Both the position numbers and the translations under genes were made by a program. Positions 9,665 to 17,746 of a DNA stretch of 59,514 nt are shown in pieces. The notes below the pieces were generated by a model, which was given only the letters and a program-made list of their open reading frames with translations, was not told the DNA's origin and did not search any database. Source of the stretch: a bacterium BMS3Abin01 (GTDB lineage Bacteria; Actinomycetota; Thermoleophilia; BMS3ABIN01); assembly GCA_002897715.1 (NCBI GenBank), contig BDUA01000011.1:1-59514 (forward strand), read 5' to 3'. Within the stretch, counting starts at the first letter, position 1. The number at the start of each line of letters is the position of its first letter.

Positions 9665-11272
9665 TTGCCCAAAGAAAAAATAAGAAAAAACATTATCAGG
9701 ATAATGCTCCCGCTGACGGTGCTTACTTTATTTTGCTTGTCAGCAAGCGAAGGTGCTGCGGGTATTACTGCTGATGAGCCGATCGCAGGTATCTCGTCAG
9801 TCACGCCTGAGCAGCTGGAAGAAGCGCTCACCTCTAAAAACCCGGATCATATCCATCCCGAAATCGCTCAACTGTACGTTAAATGGGGAAAACTATTCGG
9901 CATCAAAGCCGACCTCGCATTCGCCCAGATGCTTCACGAGACAAATTATCTCCGTTACACGGGTGATGTAAGGCCCTGGCAGAATAATTTCGCCGGAATC
10001 GGCGCGACCGGTGGTGGTAATCCTGGGAATTCTTTTCCCAGCGCCGAAGCCGGTGTTATCGCTCACTATGCACACCTTGCATGGTATTTGTTCCCAAACC
10101 ATGTTAATCAGTATTGCAATGACAGCTGGGATCCGAGACACTTTGGCGCCAACCACATCAATAATGTCCGTACATTAAGAAACCTGGGCGGCAAGTGGGC
10201 GGTCCCCGGACTCACTTACGGCCAGTCTATAGCTCATATTGCATCAGTTTATTCCAATTCCTCTTTCTATCCTCCCATCATCGGCAACCTTGATGGAATA
10301 TCTATTTACGCGCCCAGCCAAATAAGCTTGTTTGGCTGGGCGTTTGATACCGATACTTCTGATCCGGTTGATGTATCTATCTATTTGGATGGGAACTTTT
10401 TCCATACAGTCTCAGCCGACGATATCAGGTTTGATGTTTATGCCTGGTACTTGCGTTTTGGCGCTAACCACGGCTACAGTGCGCAGATAGATAATGTATC
10501 CCCCGGTTTACACACAGTGTGTACCTATGGCATCAACACCGGCGCGGGAGACACCAACTCCCTGCTGGGGTGCAAGGTGATAGACGTGCCGGTGGATCCC
10601 TTCGGTGATCTGAACTCCCTTTCCCTGACCGGCCCCAGCCAGATCGATGTGGGCGGCTGGACTATCGACCCCGATACCGCCGCCCCCATAGAGGTCCATG
10701 TGTACGTGAACGGCCGCTGGGGCGGCGCCTTCACCGCCGACGGCACCCGGACCGACGTGGGCGGTGTCTTCCCCGGCTTTGGCTCTGATCACGGCTACAG
10801 CGGCAGTGTAGCCGCCGCCCCGGGTAGCAACACAGTGTGTACCTATGGCATCAACACCGGCGCGGGAGACACCAACTCCCTGCTGGGGTGCAAGGTGATA
10901 GACGTGCCGGTAAACCCCCTGGGTAACCTGGAAGATATTTCAGCAGTGGTGGATGAATACGGCAACAGTACCGGCGATATAGACATAAGCGGCTGGGCTC
11001 TGGACCCCGATACCGCCGAACCCATAGCAGTACACATCTACGTGAACGGTCAGTGGGGCGGCGCCTTTACCGCCGACGGCACCCGGACCGACGTGGGTTC
11101 GGCCTACCCGGGCTACGGTGACAGCCACGGCTTCAGCGGCAGCGTAGCCGCCGCCGTCTCGGGAAGCTACGCGGTGTGCGCCTACGGCATCAACGTAGGC
11201 GCGGGAGACACCAACCCCCTGCTGGGGTGCCGGGTGATAGATGTGCCGGGCATGCAGGCGAAAATTTATTGA
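9665..11272 (+). CDS. Secreted glucosaminidase-like (GH73-type) peptidoglycan hydrolase with 3 GWAxDPD modules
   Basis: LAFAQMLHETNYL, QNNFAGIGATG, GNSFPSAEAGVIAH, LGGKWA. Signal peptide; TATAAT at 9640-9645 upstream. Confidence 0.85.
   Translation: MPKEKIRKNIIRIMLPLTVLTLFCLSASEGAAGITADEPIAGISSVTPEQLEEALTSKNPDHIHPEIAQLYVKWGKLFGIKADLAFAQMLHETNYLRYTGDVRPWQNNFAGIGATGGGNPGNSFPSAEAGVIAHYAHLAWYLFPNHVNQYCNDSWDPRHFGANHINNVRTLRNLGGKWAVPGLTYGQSIAHIASVYSNSSFYPPIIGNLDGISIYAPSQISLFGWAFDTDTSDPVDVSIYLDGNFFHTVSADDIRFDVYAWYLRFGANHGYSAQIDNVSPGLHTVCTYGINTGAGDTNSLLGCKVIDVPVDPFGDLNSLSLTGPSQIDVGGWTIDPDTAAPIEVHVYVNGRWGGAFTADGTRTDVGGVFPGFGSDHGYSGSVAAAPGSNTVCTYGINTGAGDTNSLLGCKVIDVPVNPLGNLEDISAVVDEYGNSTGDIDISGWALDPDTAEPIAVHIYVNGQWGGAFTADGTRTDVGSAYPGYGDSHGFSGSVAAAVSGSYAVCAYGINVGAGDTNPLLGCRVIDVPGMQAKIY
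10275..11245 (+). repeat. Three tandem GWAxDPD modules
   Basis: The block acacagtgtgtacctatggcatcaacaccggcgcgggagacaccaactccctgctggggtgcaaggtgatagacgtgccggt occurs twice (~10512 and ~10830). Confidence 0.95.
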
Positions 11273-11284
11273 CCGAAGCTGAAC

Positions 11285-12583
11285 TCAGGTTCCTGCACTA
11301 TTTTTATCAGTGATGAATTCCGTTGTCCCTTTAAGGTTTTCATCCCAGTCCCTTTGCTCCAGGAAGAGCTCAGCGTTCCTTCTGATTGTTTCCTGGTCCT
11401 CAAGCCGGTCAATAGCCCTTTTTATGGCCTCCGCCATGTCTTCGATACTGGAGTCTGAAGATATGAAGTTGTCGTTGACCTTTGCCAGGTCCTTGTTGTA
11501 TATGCGATTGGTAACCACCAGCATGCCCGCGGCGGCCATTTCCAGGGGAGGATAACTGGGGTGCGGTGAACACATTACCGAAATGCCTATATCACTCTCC
11601 CGTGCCAGGCGGGCCCATTCAGTCATGGACAGTTTACCCAGGGATTTTATCGTAAATCCGCCGACTACCAGGCTATCGTGCTTCTCACCGACAGATATTA
11701 TCTCGCCGATCTTTTCCTTGTACGCGGGATTGGCTTTGAAAAAATGTTCCAGGCTTAATATCACCAGCTCAAAAAGGTTTCGGGTTACCGCCGGCCGGCC
11801 GTAAAGCAAGATAGTAGCCTTGCCTGTATCTTTATACCTGGTTTTCTCGTCAGGATAAAACAGTGACTTGGTAATGCCCGGCTCAAAGAATATCTCGCGT
11901 TCACCGGATAACAGGTCCTGTTCTTTAAAGAACTCGTACAGGATCGAGGTGTTGAATATCTTGGCGTATTTGAACTTATATGACTCCAGAGCCAGGATGT
12001 ATCGATATGACCAGGAATAAAACCCTGGCTCAAAGTCCTGAATCAGGTAAAATACCTGGTTGGTGGTTTCCAGTTCCTTGATCACATAAGCGGTCCACCA
12101 GGCGGTTACTATGAACAGTTCGTCGTGCTCTATTTCACAGGGAACATTATCCTCTCTTTGCCAGGACTCGATGTTCAGTACCTCTCCCGGTCCGATAAAA
12201 TCCAGCTTTTCCAGCCCTTCGGAACTATAGGGGCTGGTGGCTGAGATTACCCTGACGCGATAATCGTTTTCCTGGGCGGTGTTCCAGAATATTTTCAGGG
12301 CGGTCCAGGCACCGGCATAAAGGTGTTCCTGGTTGACTGTTGGTAAGATCAGGGTCAGGCGCCGCTGCTTGCCGGTATTCCTGACCCTCCTGATCGGTAT
12401 CGGCTGTGCCTCGGGGGGGAAGTAATCTGAGATATCAACCGGTCCGGGCGAGGACCTGGGACTGGTATCTTCATTACTCTTAACCACAGTTGCCAGTTTG
12501 TTCAGGCCTCTGGCGACTGTGTTCCTCGCGCCTTCAGTACGAAAATAATATATGACTTTTTTAACTGGAGACGACATCATCAA
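11285..12583 (-). CDS. WsaF-like glycosyltransferase (probable rhamnosyltransferase, GT4-related)
   Basis: TAWWTAY, YLIQDFEPGFY, YGRPAVTRNLFEL, SPHPSYPPLEMAAAG resemble the WsaF family. Confidence 0.8.
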   Translation of the reverse strand: MMMSSPVKKVIYYFRTEGARNTVARGLNKLATVVKSNEDTSPRSSPGPVDISDYFPPEAQPIPIRRVRNTGKQRRLTLILPTVNQEHLYAGAWTALKIFWNTAQENDYRVRVISATSPYSSEGLEKLDFIGPGEVLNIESWQREDNVPCEIEHDELFIVTAWWTAYVIKELETTNQVFYLIQDFEPGFYSWSYRYILALESYKFKYAKIFNTSILYEFFKEQDLLSGEREIFFEPGITKSLFYPDEKTRYKDTGKATILLYGRPAVTRNLFELVILSLEHFFKANPAYKEKIGEIISVGEKHDSLVVGGFTIKSLGKLSMTEWARLARESDIGISVMCSPHPSYPPLEMAAAGMLVVTNRIYNKDLAKVNDNFISSDSSIEDMAEAIKRAIDRLEDQETIRRNAELFLEQRDWDENLKGTTEFITDKNSAGT

Positions 12584-14361
12584 TTCTCCCTCAAACCCCG
12601 GAGAGTATTCCCGTCCGTACCTGCCAGCGAAAGATTTTCATTGTAATAGGGATCTCCTCTTTGCAGGAAAGGCGCGTAGTGCCTTATCGAACATTCGATA
12701 TCCTTTTGATCAACCCAGGCCCTGCGCGTCTGCGCCTCATAATGATAAAGCCTGACGAAAGCGAGATAAACATTCCGGTAGCCGGCTGCATATAAACGCA
12801 GACACAGCTCCACGTCACTGCCACAAACCACGAATTCTTCATCGAAGCCGCCTACAGCTTCAAATTTTTTCCTGTCCACCATCAGGCAGGCGGCGGTAAC
12901 GGCCAGATAATTGCGGGTCCAGGTGTCCCGGCCAAAAGCGGTACTGCTGTTTTCCCTGGCGCCGGCGTAGATATGATCCGCGAAGCCGCCGATCCCCAGG
13001 ACTACGCCGCCATGCTGAATGGTCCCATCCTCGAAAAGCAGCTTGGCGCCCACGGCTCCTATTTCCGGACGCTGAGCGTACCCCAGCATTTCCTCGATCC
13101 AGGAGGGAGAAATCACCTCTGTGTCATTATTCAGGAATAAAAGATACTCTCCGGTCGCCTGTGCTGCTCCCCAGTTGTTTATTTTTGAGTAGTTAAAAGG
13201 GATGTCATAAGTAAATAATCTGACCCGGGGATGGTTCAGGCTTTCCAGATATTCCCGGGTTTCGCCTTCCCGGCTGTTGTTGGAGATCAGGATAACTTCA
13301 TAATCGGGGTAGCTGCTTTTTTCCAGGAGCCGGTCAATACAGTTCTTCAACAGCTCCACTTTGTCCTTAAAGGGAACGATGATGGAAACCTTCGGGCTTC
13401 CCCGTACCTTATATCTGACAATATATTCTGTGGATATGGCGCCGGCCGCAGCTGTCGCCTGCTCGCCCCTGGCGTCGAGAAAATCGGTTACAGCCTTAAG
13501 GCCGTCATCAGAGGAGTTGTCCTTTTCCGCCACAGTTGACCTTGCCGGCCGCGATGCCGTTCCGGAATGATACAGTATCCGGGGAATATGGAAGAACTTG
13601 TCGCTGACCAGGTAAATCCTTAATAACAGATCGTAGTCCTGTGCCCCGTCATACCCCGGCCTGTACCATCCCACACGATCCCCGATCTCCCGGCGAACCA
13701 CATAGAAGCGGTTGATGTAATTGACAGACATCAAAAGTTCCGGCGACCAGTCAGGCTTGAACCAGGGATCGAACCTGTTGCCGGCGGCATCGATCCTGTC
13801 TTCGTCGCTGTATATGAGATCAGCCCCAGGACGCTCATTGATGAGTCCAACGACCTCGGACAAGGCAAAAGGCGAAAGTTCATCGTTGTCGCCAAGGATG
13901 CCGATGTACTCGCCGCCGGCCATCCTGACGGCTTCGTTCGACCTTATGGATTTATCTTCGTTCTGTTCTCCCAAGGCAACAATTATCCGTGGGTCGTCCT
14001 GCCGCCCCCACCGGTCGAGACAGTCGATCGTTTCTTGTCTGCTGGACGCATTATCATGCAGACAGAGTTCCCAGTTATCGTAAACCTGCCGCCTCACCGA
14101 CTCTATGCACCGGTTCAGGGAGCCGGGGTCGGTGTTGAAAACCGTCACGATGAGCGAGATCTTCGGTTTGAGTTCATACCCTTGGATATCTTTTGTTACC
14201 TGTGATGATTCGCGGTTTTCGTTTTCCGCCAGCCACTTTTGGTAAACCCTGTCCTGATTGCCACCATGGCTGAAGCGACCTCGAATCCTTTCCAGCACTC
14301 CCCCATTGCCAGCTTTCTTGCATATTCGTTTTATACAGGCAGGCATCGGAATCTGGATCAC
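12580..14361 (-). CDS. Two-domain GT2 glycosyltransferase (RfbC/WsaE-like polymerase)
   Basis: Two GT-A domains: ISLIVTVFNT...IYSDED...FKPDWSPE...GAQDYDL and VSIIVPFKD...FLNNDTE...AVTAACL...SDVELCL. Confidence 0.88.
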   Translation of the reverse strand: MIQIPMPACIKRICKKAGNGGVLERIRGRFSHGGNQDRVYQKWLAENENRESSQVTKDIQGYELKPKISLIVTVFNTDPGSLNRCIESVRRQVYDNWELCLHDNASSRQETIDCLDRWGRQDDPRIIVALGEQNEDKSIRSNEAVRMAGGEYIGILGDNDELSPFALSEVVGLINERPGADLIYSDEDRIDAAGNRFDPWFKPDWSPELLMSVNYINRFYVVRREIGDRVGWYRPGYDGAQDYDLLLRIYLVSDKFFHIPRILYHSGTASRPARSTVAEKDNSSDDGLKAVTDFLDARGEQATAAAGAISTEYIVRYKVRGSPKVSIIVPFKDKVELLKNCIDRLLEKSSYPDYEVILISNNSREGETREYLESLNHPRVRLFTYDIPFNYSKINNWGAAQATGEYLLFLNNDTEVISPSWIEEMLGYAQRPEIGAVGAKLLFEDGTIQHGGVVLGIGGFADHIYAGARENSSTAFGRDTWTRNYLAVTAACLMVDRKKFEAVGGFDEEFVVCGSDVELCLRLYAAGYRNVYLAFVRLYHYEAQTRRAWVDQKDIECSIRHYAPFLQRGDPYYNENLSLAGTDGNTLRGLREN

Positions 14362-14375
14362 AGGTTACTCATGGA

Positions 14376-15455
14376 CTAAGACGCTCCGGGCGTCCTGGTC
14401 CGATTCGCCAACTCCACCAATCTGCGGACGGTCATGCCTGCCGCTCGTAACGGCCTGGTGATCTGCCAGCTGCGGGACGAGTGTATCCTTTGAATCTCTT
14501 CCCTTGACGTCCGCAGCTCTTTTTTCAGATGTTCCAGATGTTGCTGCTTCGCCTCTATTTCTTCGTTCTTCTTGATGACCAGGATCTCTTTTTCCTGATA
14601 ATCTTTCCTTAACTGCTCGTATTTCTCCTTGTCTTCCAGATATACCTGAGACAAAAGATTGAAATTGTTCTTAATGGCTTCGAGATGAAGGCTGGTACTG
14701 ACGCCGTCTTTTTCAAATGACAGGTTTTTCAGATCTTTTTCTTTTTTTATAAAGTAAATTGTCCGGTAAGAGCCCTCATCGTGGTCATAGGGATACAGCT
14801 GCTCGTTATAGAATTGGTTAAATTCCTTGGCTTTATCCAGTTTGTCCGCGGCAAGTAATATGAAGCTGGAGCAGAGCATCTGCTCCCACAGGCAGAGGTT
14901 GTTTATGGGAATCTTTTGAAAGTCGTATCCGTTGGCCCTTAGCGGGTCCTCGACCTCTTCGTTGCGGGGCAAGCCGTTTTCAATATGCTCTTTCAGCCAG
15001 AAATGATCATCCCCCCGGGAGATGAGCCTGTAACTGTCATTGGCGTTTTTCTCAGCCAGCTCCACCTCTTCGGAATAGAACGGCGCTCCCAGGATGACCC
15101 CCAGCCTGGCAACTCTCAGGTTTTCCATCAAGAATAGCTTTCTCCTTGACGGTTCGATATGTTCAAACACATCCGAGGAAACAACGAAGTCGAAACTGCC
15201 GTCTTCCAGGGGTATGTCGCAGCCATCGCCTTCTATATAGTTATGGTCATCGGAGTCAATGAGTGGATCGAGGTAGAACACGTCATCTTCGGGCATGAAG
15301 TTCTGCAACAGGTTGCCCCGCCCGCCGACATCCAGTATCCGGTATCTCTCCTGGTCATTCCTATTGATATTAATGATATCTCTGGTAGTCGCAAAGCGAC
15401 AATACTGGTCAAAGGCGAGCGTTCTTCTGAGTTGCTCTTCACCTATATCTTCCAT
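14376..15455 (-). CDS. Class I SAM methyltransferase with C-terminal coiled coil (glycan chain terminator-like)
   Basis: ILDVGGRG motif I, FDFVVSSDVFEH, an E/K/Q-rich heptad stretch, then SSRSWQITRPLR. Confidence 0.8.
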   Translation of the reverse strand: MEDIGEEQLRRTLAFDQYCRFATTRDIININRNDQERYRILDVGGRGNLLQNFMPEDDVFYLDPLIDSDDHNYIEGDGCDIPLEDGSFDFVVSSDVFEHIEPSRRKLFLMENLRVARLGVILGAPFYSEEVELAEKNANDSYRLISRGDDHFWLKEHIENGLPRNEEVEDPLRANGYDFQKIPINNLCLWEQMLCSSFILLAADKLDKAKEFNQFYNEQLYPYDHDEGSYRTIYFIKKEKDLKNLSFEKDGVSTSLHLEAIKNNFNLLSQVYLEDKEKYEQLRKDYQEKEILVIKKNEEIEAKQQHLEHLKKELRTSREEIQRIHSSRSWQITRPLRAAGMTVRRLVELANRTRTPGAS

Positions 15456-16660
15456 GAGGTCTCCAGTTTTACCACTCCGTACTGATTTTCCTCGGCGGAT
15501 TTGATCTTAAATGTATACTTTTTTTTCTGGTATGCGTAGGGTATTGACAGGTTCCAGTTAAATAATGCAACCGTCAGCTTATAGGCGCCGGTAAACAGGG
15601 GCGCTTCCTTGATAATGAAATCCAGATACCCCTCTCCCTGTATTTCCGGAATCATAAATCCGGAAGTCCTGGTATTGGGACCGGAGATATGGATGCCATC
15701 CTGAGTATGAATAGCCACGCCGAATACAGGTTTTTCAATGGTGTCCTCTGAAAAATAATGGATCCTGGCAACAATGTCATCTCCTGTTCCAAAGACATTT
15801 CTTTCCTGCCCCCGGCTATCCAGGAATTCCACATTGGTTATGCCGACATCCCCTTCCCTGAAAGTGCTTTCCTCATCATTCTCCTTCTGTTCTTCCTGAA
15901 TTCTCTTTTCTTCATCCTCCATGTTCTGGAGTATATATTCATTGCCGATATCCTCGGGTTTGCCGATTTTTACGATATCCCCGTTCCTCAATAACATGGC
16001 CCTGTCGCAATATCTTTGAACCACGGCGATGTCGTGAGTCACCAGCACAACGGTTTTGCCTTCTTCCCGGTATTTATTGAACTCCTCCAGGCACTTGTTC
16101 TGAAAATTGCTGTCGCCCACGGCCAGGACCTCATCCATCAAAAGAATCTCCGCGTGAGCGTAAATTGCCAGGGCAAACGCCAACCTGACCTGCATGCCGG
16201 ATGAGAAGTTTTTGAATTTCATGTCAATAAAATCCTGCAGCTCGGAGAACTCCACTATTTTATTGAATCTTTTCTTTATTTCTTTCTTGGTAAGTCCGAG
16301 TATTGAACCCCCGAGAAATATATTCTCCCTGGCGGTCAACTCCGGATTAAAACCGACCCCCAGTTCCAGGAAAGGTGAAATTCTTCCATTGATTTTGATT
16401 TTTCCCCTGGAAGGAACGTAAATTCCGGCGATAATTTTTAACAACGTGCTTTTGCCGCTTCCGTTTCTGCCGATAATCCCGAAAAACTCCCCCTTTTTCA
16501 CTTCAAAGCTGACATCCTCCAGCGCCTGAAACTCCGTGTAACTTTTTTTATTGAAGATATTCAACACCGCTGCTTTAAGGGTGGAATGCTTTTCGTGGGG
16601 AATCTTGAACCTTTTGGAAACAGCATCCACTTTAATAGCTATCTCAGTATTTTTCGCCAT
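15443..16660 (-). CDS. wzt: Polysaccharide ABC transporter ATP-binding subunit with C-terminal carbohydrate-binding domain
   Basis: GRNGSGKST, FSSGMQVRLAF, LLMDEVLAVGD and a Wzt_C-like C-terminal domain. Confidence 0.92.
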   Translation of the reverse strand: MAKNTEIAIKVDAVSKRFKIPHEKHSTLKAAVLNIFNKKSYTEFQALEDVSFEVKKGEFFGIIGRNGSGKSTLLKIIAGIYVPSRGKIKINGRISPFLELGVGFNPELTARENIFLGGSILGLTKKEIKKRFNKIVEFSELQDFIDMKFKNFSSGMQVRLAFALAIYAHAEILLMDEVLAVGDSNFQNKCLEEFNKYREEGKTVVLVTHDIAVVQRYCDRAMLLRNGDIVKIGKPEDIGNEYILQNMEDEEKRIQEEQKENDEESTFREGDVGITNVEFLDSRGQERNVFGTGDDIVARIHYFSEDTIEKPVFGVAIHTQDGIHISGPNTRTSGFMIPEIQGEGYLDFIIKEAPLFTGAYKLTVALFNWNLSIPYAYQKKKYTFKIKSAEENQYGVVKLETSWKI

Positions 16661-17454
16661 TAAATATCCTCAGCAAACCTGGAGGCTTCCCTCTCAAAAA
16701 ACCAATACCCGCTGATAAAAATGACAACAGGTAAAAGGTAGGGAATCAAGGAAAACGGGAAAGACAGAACATCAAAGGCGGTACTCGTCTCATTGGAAAT
16801 CAGGAGATAGCGGCTGTCCTGAATTATTTGAGAGAGGGGACTCAACATGATGACACTTTGATATCTATCGGGTACAAAGCTTAGCGGGTAAAGGATCGGG
16901 GTGGCATAGAACAAGACCTGAATCGTTACCTCCCAGATATGAGCGATATCCCGGAAGCGAACGAAGAATGATGCAAGATAAAGTGAAACCCCGATTGTGA
17001 AAATGATGAATTCAATCAGAATCAGGATAAACAGAGGTGAAGCTGCCGTAAGAGAGACTTTTGAGAAAGCCATGAAAATGAAAAAAACCACCAGATTCAA
17101 AAGCAGGGTTATCAGTGCTGTCAGTGAGGCGGTGACCGTCAGGATGATCCTTGGAAAATACACTTTCCTGATTAGGTCTCCTTTGCCGACGATGGACGTC
17201 AGTGAAGTGATAGTCGCTTCAGTAAAAAAAGTCCACAGCACGATTCCCAAAAGGAGGTATACGGGATAGTTGGGAATTGAACCGCCGATTTTAAAGAATT
17301 TGGTAAAAACAACCAGCAGTACACCAAAAAACATCAACGGTTTGCCCAAAGACCACAAATACCCAAAGAAAGAAGCTTTATATTTCAATTTGAAATCAGT
17401 AAGTATCAGTTCCCTTACTAATCCAAAATAATTATATGAGATTGTTTTTTTCAT
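16660..17454 (-). CDS. wzm: Polysaccharide ABC transporter permease
   Basis: DFKLKYKASFFGYLWSL, LIRKVYFPR, FRDIAHIW, FYATPILYP; multiple TM helices. Confidence 0.92.
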   Translation of the reverse strand: MKKTISYNYFGLVRELILTDFKLKYKASFFGYLWSLGKPLMFFGVLLVVFTKFFKIGGSIPNYPVYLLLGIVLWTFFTEATITSLTSIVGKGDLIRKVYFPRIILTVTASLTALITLLLNLVVFFIFMAFSKVSLTAASPLFILILIEFIIFTIGVSLYLASFFVRFRDIAHIWEVTIQVLFYATPILYPLSFVPDRYQSVIMLSPLSQIIQDSRYLLISNETSTAFDVLSFPFSLIPYLLPVVIFISGYWFFEREASRFAEDI

Positions 17455-17746
17455 ATATTTTTCTAAGAAGCAGCCCTTGACCTGGTGATAGCGCTCCTGA
17501 AATTTCCAGCTAAAGAAGTAAATTCCTAGAGTAGAACCCTCGAAGGGATCCCAAAATCAATCATGGGCGACTAAGCAGGAATAGAGTTTATCACATTCAA
17601 TGGTACAGATTGGAAGCCGGGCCGGGGCTTTTGCAGGAAACATCGAGTTCAATCAGAACGGCTGTCAGCCGCGAGGACGAACACCGGTATGAGAGGCGCC
17701 AAGCGGTAAAACAGCCGGCTCTGTCGATGGCCGGCAGGCCTGGTCT

